From the NCBI RefSeq assembly GCF_009914755.1, contig NC_060938.1: a stretch of DNA of 64,000 bases; one strand, written 5' to 3'. Under the pieces are notes generated by a model. It was not told the origin of the DNA and did not search any database. It was given only the letters and a program-made list of their open reading frames with translations. The position numbers were made by a program, and so were the translations under genes. Of this stretch, positions 14,169-26,941 are shown piece after piece (the stretch's first letter is position 1; every line of letters starts with the position of its first letter). The stretch comes from the human T2T-CHM13v2.0 reference genome, Homo sapiens.

Positions 14169-15329
14169 ACCACCATCTGTAAGACATGGTTGACCAGAAA
14201 CAGAATAATGCAAGGTTGGCCAACATAGCCAAACTCTTCTAAGCCATGAGCTCTGCCTCTGTCTCATTGATTGGTGCCTAGCTGCTAGAGTTCAGTGATA
14301 AAAGTGAAATCAAAGGCTGTACATTATTTATTTTCTTTGACTATGAGTTTATCTTTCCTGCCAGATCCAAAATGACTAATAAAATGAGAGATACAGTCAG
14401 TCTAGACTCGAACCAGGAAGAGTCTCTAAAATCCAAATGAGTAACTCTAATGGTCTCTCTGAAGACTCTGCACTGTTGCTTCTTTAAAGATAAACATTAA
14501 AATAGAAACCCGCATCTCTAATAAAATATTTGTCTTTCCCAGACTTTCTTGAGAGTGAGTCTGGAGTGACCATTTTGTGGTAACAGATCATCATTTGGGG
14601 TTATTATTTAAGCACCAGTTCCCTCATATTTGTGCTGTCAGTCACTTCCTCAAAGCTTCCCATTCAGTATGTTTTAACTTAAGACTCAGAAGGACACATT
14701 GATGATAAGAAGTTTCTCAGTGGGTCTGAAGCTTAGCTCCAACACTGCTTGTCTTAGAATAGAGACTTTATCTTACTAGGACACCAAAGAAGACTGTTAC
14801 TACATGGCATGAATATCTGCTTCTTCTTTATTTAAAAAAAAAAAGTGCAGAAGGCATCAATGGATAACATTCTCTATGTTTTCATTTGAGTCTAGTAGTT
14901 TTCTGTTCTTACTTTGTACTGTCAGGCTTTTTTTCCCCTTATATCTACCTTAAACCCTATAAAGAACTACTACAGATCAGAAACTTTAAATGCAAGATCT
15001 GTAACTTAATCACCAGAAATATAAACCAGAAATATGACTTTCTACTAATTTCCTACTTGTGAAGTAAGATGTTCTAAGGGATAGGCAGACATGCCAGCTC
15101 TCCTTCTAAAGACAGAATGTGTGTTATACACGTGGCCTTGGCAATTAGAGGTCTGTACACAGGATGGCAGCACTTCATTTTCACATGCAGACAAATGGAA
15201 TGTTCAACTCTGTTGGGCAGAGCATAGCTTGTCTCCTATTGGCTTATAGCCAGGTTAAGAAAGAGCAAGAATACACTGAGAATAGAATATGTTCTCCTTC
15301 CCAGATAGTATAGATCATTGATGATTCTA

Positions 15330-15825
15330 ATGGCAAGAAGAATAGAAAAGTCCCTGGGAGCTTTATTCAAATTCAGCTGAAGCGTAAGTGCAGGGCTTCT
15401 GGAGGGGTCCATCACAAGTCTGGGGAAGGAGGGGGATTCATTTTAGTTCTCCCCTGGTTTTCTGCTGATACTCTGCAAAGAAAACGTACATTCGGAAAAT
15501 GACCCAGTAACCCATTTTCCTTGTTTCAACGGTGATGAGTGGCCAAGAAAAGGATGTGATACAGAGTTATTCAAATCTAAATGTCTAGGAGAGAGAAATG
15601 GCCGTTATTAATGACAGTTATACAGATGGAGCTTTGAATTATTTCTGTTGGTACAAGAAGAAAACGGGGAAGGCCCTAATATCTTAATGGAGATTCATTC
15701 AAATGTGGATAGAAAACAGGACAGAAGGCTCACTGTACTGTTGAATAAAAATGCTAAACATGTCTCCCTGCATATTACAGCCACCCAACCAGGAGACTCA
15801 TTCCTGTACTTCTGTGCAGTGAGAA
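15330..15825 (+). pseudogene. TRAV32: TCR alpha variable pseudogene (leader ~15330-15383, V exon ~15533-15825)
   Basis: Degenerate leader with in-frame TGA, donor gtaagt at 15384. Acceptor reads ACGG. In-frame TAG at 15586-15588. First Cys replaced by GAC (15613). Frameshift after WYKK. The distal half reads GEGPNILMEIHSNVDRKQDRRLTVLLNKNAKHVSLHITATQPGDSFLYFCAVR. Confidence 0.88.
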
Positions 15826-15864
15826 CACAGAACTCTTCAGGCACCTGCAACCTGTACTCAAACC
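15826..15864 (+). other. V-RSS of TRAV32
   Basis: CACAGAA + 23 nt + ACTCAAACC. Confidence 0.8.
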
Positions 15865-16905
15865 TGCAACTGGGAGTCCAGTCACATTCTTTGTCTTTGA
15901 ACGGGTTTTGGGTTAGAATGGTTTACCATAATGTGCTTGTTTCTAAATTGAAATGAATGCAGAAATCTAATAATTGTGATTACAAAATCATTACGTTTAA
16001 AGTAACTCAAAATGAGCTGGTATACTTTGTACTAACTCCAATGTATTCGAGAGGAGAAGTAGTGTTGTTTTAAATAGATATGTAAATAATAAAGATAACC
16101 TCATTGGAATATCTGAGGTTGTTTCATTGAGATCCTACACTTCCATAATAAAACAAGGACACCTAAAACTCTTCTGGGTGGCAATCTGCTGGCCTTCAGA
16201 AAAAAAAAGAAGATTCATTTTTGAAAAAATTTTAAAATTTTTAAATCATCATATTTTAAAATCATCACACACTCATTATTTATTATAAGTATTTTCATTC
16301 CAGGTGTGTCTGCATATGCCCTAATTCATAGCAACTTAACATATCAAGTATATTTATCATATAACATTTATGTCCATTCTCCTCTGGACATCCACCTTCA
16401 TAGTACGGGTATTCAGTCATAAAAGTTACAATTCAAATAGCCACCAGAAGAATTCCTGCAAAGATTTTTGTCTTGCAACTGTTCTACATTCAGAAAATAT
16501 TTACCAACTGCCTACTCTGTGCCAGACATTGTTCTTGGTGTTGAGGATTGAGCAGGATGAACAGAAAGACATGACAAAATTTAATTGTATTCTGCTTCTC
16601 TCCTCCAATGGATGTCTGCTCACCAGAAATTAACTGGGGAAACATTTTGATGACAGTGTATATCCAGGGATCAATGACACCACCTAGGAGTTTTAGGATT
16701 TTGCCCAAATTCACCAATTCCTTCATACCTCATAGGTCTGTATGTACAGTAGCAACAGTGTGATCTTTCTCTTTTTTCCAATGTTCCTTCAAGAAAGGAA
16801 GATAATAGTTATTTTAGTCAAACTGTTCAAAATAGAGAAAAAAACCTACCAACTCCCTCATGAGGCAAAAAACATAAACAAAATCTGTAGAGTTAAGAGT
16901 AGTGA

Positions 16906-17199
16906 GGCTGGGCACTGTGGCTCATGCCTTTAATCCTACCACTTTGGGAGGCCGAGGCGGGTAGATCACTTGAGGTCAGGAGTTCGAGACCAAACTTCCC
17001 AACATGGTGCAACCCCATCTCTACTGAAAATATAAAAATTAGCTGGGCGTAGTGGTGTGGACCTGTAATCTCAGCTACTCAGGAGGCTGAGGCAGGAGAA
17101 TCGCTTGACTCTGGAAGGCAGAGGTTGCAGTGAGCCGAGATCCTGCCTCTGCACTCCAGACTGGGTGACAGTGCAAGATTCCATCTCAAAAAAAAAAAA
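16906..17199 (+). mobile_element. Alu
   Basis: Full dimeric Alu with A tail. Confidence 0.93.
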
Positions 17200-17779
17200 G
17201 AGAAAGTATTTTTCATATAAATTATTCTCGGATTTTTGAATAAGTAATAAGTATACATGGTATAAAATAAAAATTATACAAAAAGATATATAGTGAAAAG
17301 TAACTTTTCTCTTTACCTCTATCCCCACTATCCCCAACAGCCTAGTATAACCACTGTTACACTGAAATTTTCTTTGAACATTATACATATATACATATAT
17401 ATGATGTGTATATATATATATGTATATATAAAAATGATGTATGTATATATGCTTGTGGGTATATATATAACATATATATTAATGTAGCATACCATCCACA
17501 CTGTTCTGTTACCATGCTTTCTTACTTAAACTATATCATGGGAAACCATCATTGTCAGTACATGAAGACAGCTACCTTATTATTTTTAATCTAAATTTTC
17601 AAACACACACAAACTAGGAAGAATTGTATAATGAACTCCTTTGTATCTTTCATTCAGCTTTAACAACCATCAACTGGCTATCTCCTTCTCTTTAAAGTTT
17701 CAAATTTTGCCATTGTGTGACTATACCACATTTTATTTAGTCAATCTCTTGTTGATGGACACAGATTGTGTTCAAATTA

Positions 17780-19120
17780 TTAGTTTTGTTTGTATTGTAG
17801 CATAGTTTAGTAAGGTACACAGATCTCAAGAGTACAGTTCAATGAGTTCTGACAAATGTATATGCCATACAACCATCACTGAAACTAAAATATAGAACAT
17901 TTCCCATAATCCTGAAAACTCTCTCATGTTTCCCCCCCAGACAGCACTTCCACTAAAGTAAGAATTGTTCTTATTTACATAAAACCATAGAATAGTTCTG
18001 TTTATTCTATTTTGATAAATTGAGATATAATTCACATAGCATAAAATCCATGCTTTTGAAGTATACCATTCAGTTATTTTTAATATCATCACAAATCTGT
18101 GCAACCATCACAACTAATTCCTAAACTTTATCATCACTCGCCAAAAAAAAAAAAATCATACCTATTATAAGTCACTCTCATCCCCTCCTCAGCACATCTG
18201 CCCCTAACAACGCCTTAATCTGCTTTCTGTCTCTATGGCCTATCCTAGATATTTCATACATATGGAATTGTACAATATGTGACCTATCATGTCACGTATT
18301 GTATGATTCACATATTCACATATTTTACTGGCTTTTTCACTTACCATAATAATTTCAAGGCTGAACATTTGTGACCAAGTTTTTGTGTGGACATACGTTT
18401 TTAGTATTTGGGGTATTATGCATAAAAATGGAATTGTGGGTCATATGGTAATTTTATGTTTAACTTTCTGAGGAACTGCCAAACTATTTTTCAATGTGGC
18501 TTCACTACTTTACATTACTGTCAGCAGTAAGGGAGGATTCCAATTTTTCCACATTCTCATTTGTTATTGTCCGTCTTTTTAATTAGACCCATCTTAGTAG
18601 GCATAAAGTAGTATCCCTCTGTGGTTTTCACTTGCAATTCCCTAATGACTAATAAGGCTAAGCCTATCTTCATGTGCTTAATGGCCATTTGTGTACCTGC
18701 TTTAGAAAATGTCTGCTCAAGTATTTGGGCTGTTTTTAATTGGGTTGTCTTCTTATTGTTGAGTTGTAAGAATTCTTTATATGTTCTGGATACTAGACTT
18801 TTATGAGACATATGATTGGCAAATAGATGCTCCCATTCTATAGATTATGTTTTTTTTTTTTGCTTTCTTAATAGTGTTTTTTGAAGCAGAAGTGTTCTAA
18901 ATTTTAATGAAGTCTAATTTATCTATTTTTTCTTTAGTTGCTGGTGCTTTATATGTCATATTTTTAAAAACATTGCCTAATCCAAGGTCACAGATAGTTA
19001 TATCTATGTTTTCTAAGAGTTTCATAGTTTCAGTTTGTACATTGAGGTTATTGCTCCACTTCAAGTTAATTTTTGAATATGGTGAGAAGTAGGGATGAAA
19101 GTTCATTCTTTTGCATGTGA
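17780..19120 (-). mobile_element. Old L1 (L1M) 3' fragments
   Basis: The - strand ORFs resemble the L1 ORF2 C-terminus (e.g. LVSRTYKEFLQLNNKKT, LVIRELQVKTT). Confidence 0.75.
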
Positions 19121-19139
19121 ATAATAAGACATTTGGAGT

Positions 19140-19650
19140 CCCCAACCAAAAGAAAGCTGGGTAGCTATACTAATATCAGATAAAATTGACATTAAACCAG
19201 GAATTATTACTAGAGACACAGAGCAACACATCAAAATGATTGAGTACGATCTACCCAGAACAAATTCTATTTTTATATATACCTAATGGCGTAGCTTCAA
19301 AATATATCAAACATAAATCAGTAGAGTTGACCAGTAGAATTAAATTGGTAGAATTTATTGATTAAAAGATCAATAAATAATTATACAACCATCATGTCAG
19401 GCATTAACACACATCTCTCAGTAGAAAAGTATTGAAATTATGACCAACACAACTAATATCCTTTACCTCACATACATAGATTGAATACTTTACCTCAAAA
19501 GAACAGATTACACAAGGAATATTTAGCAAAATTGACTATATTCTGAAACATAAAGTAAGCCTTAATCAATTTCAAAGAACTTAAATCATTCAGAATAGTC
19601 ATAGTCTCTGACCATATGGTATTAAGCAAAAATTCAATAACAAAATGATT
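19140..19650 (+). mobile_element. Old L1 ORF2 endonuclease-region fragment
   Basis: AAAAGAAAGCTGG..TAGCTATACTAATATCAGATAAAAT.GAC is typical of the L1 endonuclease region. Confidence 0.65.
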
Positions 19651-19924
19651 ATTAAACTTTATTCCTGTACCTTGCTAGATATAAGGTTAATTTTTCAAAT
19701 GTATTGCCACAGAAAACACCAAGACAAAACAGAGATTTGGGGTAGGGTAGATTTTTCAGTCTCTGAATAGAGCAATGTAACATACTACTTGCACACTTTA
19801 TTTCCTGTTTGGGGGCAGAAACACTGAACTTCTCCAGGGACTTTGCACTCAGGCACTCAGAGAAGCATTTTGTTTCCAGGCTTGAGTGAGGAAGCAAATT
19901 TCAACCATAAGAAGAAATTCTACC

Positions 19925-20480
19925 ATGCTCTGCCCTGGCCTGCTGTGGGCATTCGTGGTCCCCTTTGGCTTCAGTACCTATGGGCGGCCCCAAACATGGG
20001 ACTGCAGCTTCCTCGAGAGCTGGGCTGCACAAATTGGAACTGGTGGAGTATTAAGTAAGAGGTAAGGGAAGTGGGGAAATGAAACACTATTTAATTATTT
20101 TCTTTGTCCTTTTGCCATAAATTAATCTAGTCCTCATGACCCATCTGAGACATTTAAGGGAACCAACTCTGTTTTCTCCTTTTTCCCATAGGATCCAGCA
20201 TGGCTCAGAAAGTAACCCAAGTTCAGACCACAGTAACTAGGCAGAAAGGAGTAGCTGTGACCTTGGACTGCATGTTTGAAACCAGATAGAATTCGTACAC
20301 TTTATACTGGTACAAGCAACAAGCAACCTCCCAGTGAAGAGATGGTTTTCCTTATTCATCAGGGTTATTCTAAGTCAAATGCAAAGCCTGTGAACTTTGA
20401 AAAAAAGAAAAAGTTCATCAACCTCACCATCAATTCCTTAAAACTGACTCAGCCAAGTACTTCTGTGCTCTCAGGAATCC
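19925..20480 (+). pseudogene. TRAV33: TCR alpha variable pseudogene, TRDV1-like (leader 19925-19973, V exon 20192-20480)
   Basis: Leader MLCPGLLWAFVVPFGF+A|gtacc. Acceptor cccatag. V exon reads [29 protein letters not shown] at 20287-20289, 7-nt duplication CAAGCAA at 20313-20326, and a further frameshift before DSAKYFCALRN. Confidence 0.88.
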
Positions 20481-20519
20481 CACAGAAGTAGAAATGACAG
20501 TGGAAGATAAACAAAAACC
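20481..20519 (+). other. V-RSS of TRAV33
   Basis: CACAGAA + 23 nt + perfect consensus nonamer ACAAAAACC. Confidence 0.85.
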
Positions 20520-20738
20520 TTAGCACTCCATAAAGGAAGCCACCTGCTCAGGAGCTTAGGGAAAATACATGAAGCACAGACAGGAAGAAGGCACATTAGT
20601 GGCACAGTTGAGACCTTATAATGTAAACATTCCTCTGTAAAAAAAAAGTTTCCTTATTGAGTTTATATATAAAGCAGCATTCTTTCTTGCGATTTCCAAC
20701 TATTACGTTTCTATCTTGGGTTAAAGTAAATCACAAAG

Positions 20739-21286
20739 TGTATTAGTCAGGGTTCTCTAGAGAGACAGAACTAATAGGAGAGTTGTATGTATGAAGGGGA
20801 GTTTATTAAGGAGTATTGACTCACACAATCGAAAGGTGAAGTCTCACATTAGGCCGTCTGCAAGCTGAGGAGCAACGAAGATAGTCGGAGTCCCAAAACC
20901 TCAAAAGTAGGGAAGCTGACAGTGCAGCCTTCCATTTGCGGTCAAAGGTCCGAGAGCTCCTGGCAAACCACTGCTGTAAGCCCAAGAGTCCAAAAGCTGA
21001 AGAACTTGGAGCCTGATGTTTGAGGGCAAGAAGCATCTGGCATGGGAGAAAGATGAAGGATGGAAGACTTAACCCGTCAAGTCCTTCCACATTCCTCTGC
21101 CTGCTTTTATCCTAGTTGAGTTGGCAACTGATTAGATGGTGCCCACCCAGATTAAGGGTGGGTCAGCCTCTCCCAGTGCAGACTCAACTATTAATTTCCT
21201 TTGGCAACACCCTCACAGACACACCCAGGAACAATACTTTGCATCCTTCAATCCAATCAAGTTGACACTCACTATTAACCATCATA
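20739..21286 (-). mobile_element. MLT2 (ERVL) solo LTR
   Basis: TGTATTAGTCAGGGTTCTCTAGAG...AAGTTGACACTCACTATTAACCATCATA. 5-bp TSD CAAAG at 20734-20738 and 21287-21291. Confidence 0.88.
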
Positions 21287-22727
21287 CAAAGTGCTTTTTA
21301 AAATCGTTGCTGAACAATAAGATTAAATGAACCTATGTATTTCATGAAATTCAGAAGCAGTTTGCTGATTCTCATCTTAAACTGTTGAATTTCCAGATTT
21401 GAAGTAGCACTATAAACCATTTTATCTTCCAATCTCATGTTGATTTTAGCAGTTTTTATAAATATTATCATTTTATTTATTTATATATTTTATATATAAA
21501 CAAATTTCATAAATACATAAATTTACTTTTATGTATTTTAATATATAAATACATGGTTTTTATTGTATTCAGATAGATAAGAAGGCAATTAATGTTTTGA
21601 AAGAAATGGATGACCAAAAGAAGCTTTGACTAAAACAAACTATGATTGTTCGAGATACAAAATAATTCTTGGGAGCTTCATAAGCCCAGCAGAAGGTGGG
21701 CTGAGAAACCAACTTATCCACCAAGACAGGCATATTCCTTAATATGTGGTCAAAGGAGATAATAGAAAAAGAATATTCCAGAGGCCTAAGCCAGAGAATG
21801 TAAAAAACAATGGGCAAAATAACTCCCTGCATAGAGTGCAGTCAGAATCTCATCAAAACAGGGTAGAGGTCTTCATAATAATCCAAAATGAACTAGGTAT
21901 GTGCAGAAAATAAGTAACAGTTTCGGTAACACACTGAGATTTTGAAGTTGATTATTGTAGCAGGATAACCTAGTTACTCAACTTATTTAAATACAGAGAA
22001 AAAATGAGAAAATGTTTTCCCAATTTATTTTACAAGGCCAGCATGATTTTGATACTAAACCTGAATAAAGAAATATTTTTGAAAAAATTATTATGGGATA
22101 ATCTCACTCAATGAACATAAATTCAAAAATTCTAAACAAACTATTAGTAAAAAGAATTAGCAGCTTATAAAAAAGAGTAATATATCACAACCAAGTTGGG
22201 TTTTATATAATCTTTATATAACATCTTAAATGAGTTAAAGTAATAATTCTCATTAATAAAAACATGATTTAATAATCTCAACAGTTACACAAAAGTTTTT
22301 AATAAAAAGTAAATATTCATTCATAATAAACAGATAAATTTATGGCAAATTAGGAACAGAAAAAAAAGTCCTCATTCTGCTACATTATATGTATTACAAC
22401 AAAGCAGACATAAAACTTAATGAAAAATGTTGAATGCTTTATTTCAAGAAAGCCAAAAAAACACTATCCCTATTAAAAAAGTATACTGAAGGTCCTAACC
22501 AATATTTAAGAAAAATAAAGAAATAAAAGTTTTAATAATTAGAAACAAGACTATAAATAACATTAGCCGCAGATGGCATGAGTGTGATATATACAATTCC
22601 AAATCATTTGTGAATATATATTACATTACTGAGTTTAGCTACGTAGTATTTAAAATTATATTTTATATGAAAGCAATCGGAAATTTTAAATGCACTTTTA
22701 AAAAGTATCCTTAAAATAGGTGAGGAT

Positions 22728-23072
<345 letters not shown>

Positions 23073-23220
23073 CTATCATTTGATAGCACAACAGCATGTC
23101 TATAGTTAATAATAATTTAATTGTACATTTTAAAATCACTAAAAGAGTACAGTTAGATTATTTGTAACACAAAAGATAAATGCTTGAGGGGATGGATATC
23201 TCACTCTCCATGATGTAAAC

Positions 23221-23507
23221 TTCTTTTTTTTAAGAAAGTCACACTGCATCACCCAGGCTGGAATGCAGTGGTGCGACCTTGGCTCACTGCAACCTCCGCC
23301 TCCCAGGTTCAAGTGATTCTGGTGCCTGTCTCCTGAGTAGCTGAGATTACAGGCAAGTGCCACCATGCCCGGGTAATTTTTGTATTTTTAGTAGAGACAG
23401 GGTTTCATCATGTTGGCTAGGCTGGTCTTGAACTCTGACCTCAAGTGATCCTCCCGCCTGAGCCTCCCAAAGTGCTAGGGTTACAGGCGTGAGCCACATG
23501 CCTGACC
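23221..23507 (-). mobile_element. Alu inserted in an L1 3' end
   Basis: TSD TC(C/T)ATGATGTAA at 23207-23218 and 23508-23519. Confidence 0.92.
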
Positions 23508-26500
23508 TCTATGATGTAATTATGCATTGCATGCCTGTATCAAGACATCTCAGGTACCTCATAAATATATACACCTACAATGTACCCACAAAAATTAAAA
23601 ATTAAAAAATGTAACATGTACATATCCTTAAAATAGCATAAAAATACAAAATACTTAAAAATAAATTTTAAAAGATATTTGCAAGGCCTCAAGACAAAAG
23701 GCTATAAAACATTAGAAAAGGAAATTAAAGATCTAAATAAATGGGAGAATTCATCATGTTCATGAATTAGAAGATTTACAATGCAAAGGCATCAATTCTC
23801 GCATATTTGGTAAATACATTCAATGAAATCCCCATCAGTATCAAGAGTGTGTGTGTATACAAGTAGATTCTAAAATATATAATTTTTAAAAGTCAAGAAT
23901 ACTCAAAGCACTCCGAGAGAAGAAGAGCAATAGGAGGACTTCCTGTCCCTGACAATAAGCCTATGAAATTTAAAATATGGTATGAAGGAACAGGAACACA
24001 CTCAGTTACAGATCTCGTCAGCTGTGTGTGTTCCTTTTTCCTCTCATATCCACTCTCTACCTTTCTCTTCCTTGCTGTTTGTCTCAGGAGGCTGACCTGA
24101 ATGAACCGCATCAACAAGGCTCCTGTGCCCTCTGGGTTCTAGTGGATTTTTGCCAGTGAGGTGCCCTTTGCCAAAATCTGAAAAAGGTAGCAGAGTAAGG
24201 TCAGGGTGTTTGTTCCTTGGTTCTCCTCCTGAGGAATCTCTTCTAGTGGCAAACATCATTTGTTCAAAGATCACAGCTCCTTTCAACTTGGCTCTCTCCA
24301 CACACCCATCTCCATTCAGGTTTTGATATTCCTCTCTGCCCTCTGGACATAGGGATAGTAAAACTCCACTGGCCTAAAGATAATAAAATTAAAATGCAGA
24401 TATTTCTCAAAAATCTCATAGAGAAAGAAGTCTGAGGATTCAGGTAAATGGGAATGTGGTAATGGAATTATCTGATGCAATTTAATCAGATGCCTGCTAA
24501 CCATACTCCCTGGGAATCCCAGAGGACCCTTCTTTCACCAAGGAATCAGGAAATTCATCATTGAGTGGGTCACCAGAATTCTTAAAATATTTCTTGGAGG
24601 CCATCCAACCTCTATACAGTGAAGGCAATGGGGACGGGGTGGGCACATTGCCATGTAATTTGCTTTCCTGGATTTCAGTGGGTGTGACTGGATCCTGTTG
24701 CGATAGGTAGTGGAGTTTAACAGATAGAGACAAAGATAGAGTTTAACAGATAGAGAAAGAGTATTAATCAGAGTCTTTTAACATTCAGAGATTTTTGGAG
24801 AAAGCTAATTAATCATAGAATACCTAGGAAGGAAAGACAGAATCAGCTTCCTGAGGCTCTACTTTATATTATCTAGATTTTTTGAGGAAAAAAATATAGT
24901 TTTAGTAGCTATAATGGAGATTAATAGGCCCTTAATCAATCCCAATTGAGAGGCCTAAAACATCTGAACTGAGGGAATGGTTGCATCCATTTGAGAAAGA
25001 TTATGCCAGACAATATCAAGCATTGGCAAGGATATGGAACAACTGAAGCTCTTATATATTTATTATGTTGGCGCTAGGAATGTAAAATTGTGCCACCACT
25101 TTGAAAAATGGTTTAGCAATTTTTATAAAGTTAAGCATGCATATACTGTATGATCTAATAATTTGCACCCATAGATTGTTAACCAGAAGAAATAAAAAAT
25201 ATATATTCACAGAAGTATTTATGCAGAATGTATTTGTGAATAGAAAATATTCACATAATATTGTTTATTTCTTTTGGATAAATATTCAGAGGTGCTTTAT
25301 TCATTATAGGTCATAACTGGAAAAAAATAAATAGGAATGAGCAATTTATATATACAATAACATGGATGCATTTTAAAAACATTACATGGAGAAAAATGTC
25401 AGATGAAAAGAGTTTATACTGTTTGTATCCATTAATTTGAAACTCGAGGAACAGCAAATTTAATCCATATTGAGAGAAAACAGATCAGTGGTTGTCTGGA
25501 TTCTGCAGTTGGGGAACCCAGACAACCACTGATTGACAGGTAGAGAACACAGAGGAACAATTTAGGGTGAAATAATTGTTCTGTGTCTTGATTTATACAA
25601 CAGTTACATGTTCTATAAATATTTCAAAACTCACCATATTTCAAAGCACTTAAAATGGGTTCATTTTACTGCATGTAATTCATACCTCAATAATGTTGAT
25701 TTTTTTAAAAGAAATAATAAATATTGCTACATGCCAACCAAAATGTCTAAAATTAAAAAAGAAAGACAGAGCTAAGTAATGAAGAGAATTTGAATCTACT
25801 CAAACAAGTAAGAGTGTAAATTGATACCAATACTTAGGAAAATTGTTTAACACTAATTTCTCAATTTGAATCATAACTGATGAAAATTATTTTTTAAAAA
25901 GCCAAAGTCTGGGAAATCGTCCTAAGGGCATACCAAAAATGGAGAAGCATTTATTCAAGAAAATCTACTGAATCTACTAAATGTCAGCAAACAAAAATAA
26001 ATAAGATGTGATATATATGTATACACACACACATATAATAGAATATTATTCAGCCTAAAAAGGCTGTTTTTATGGATACAGGTTCCTTTTTGGGATGAGG
26101 AAAATGTTCTAAAATTGATTGTGGTGATGGCTGCACAACTCTGTGAATATACTGAAAAACATTGAGTTGTACACTTTAAATGGGTGAATTACATGGTATG
26201 TAAATTGTATCTTAATGAAGCTGTTACATAAAAATAAAAAAGCAAAGCAAAAGGTACCACAATATTTATTGTTCTTTTCTAGACTCAGTCTGGATTCTCC
26301 ATACCATTTGAATATTGCAGTAATGAACACTATATGTTTGACTTTTGTATAATATAACTAGATAACATAGAGACATCTACATTTCATATTTATTTTCACA
26401 ATCCCAATTTTTTAAACCTATATATTTATACCAGTACTGAATTATTAGTGTCATTTTTAATCTGACACATATATAACATGACACAGTGAATAGCTGTCAA

Positions 26501-26941
26501 ATTAAGTGTCACTATATGGCTATTGTGTCATATATGGTCATATTCTAATAACCAGTCTTTATGTATTATAGATTTGTGAATTTTTTTTTTTTGGAGGATG
26601 GAGAATAAGGTTTGGTGTGCTATTTGAATTTTGCTCACAGATCTAATCTGGCATTTTCACTTTTACTTTTAGATAGTTTTGTTCAATTTGTTTTCAAAAA
26701 AATTAGAAGCTTTTTGGGGGAACAATTGCAAGAGTCATTCCATATAATTTCTCCCAATAATGTTATGAGTAAATAAAAATTAATATATTCACCCAACAAA
26801 TTAAGTTCTCAATCTGTGCCAAATCCTATGCTATACAATGAGTAACATGAGCTTTGGGAACTGCCTTCAAACATGTGAAGAACCAGATACCACAGAAAAC
26901 AAAAGGAATACATTAATTGAGAAAACATCACATAAATAATT

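Noticed and set aside
24713-24756. Short direct repeat GAGTTTAACAGATAGAGA occurring twice
   Set aside because: Ordinary slippage duplication inside a decayed repeat.
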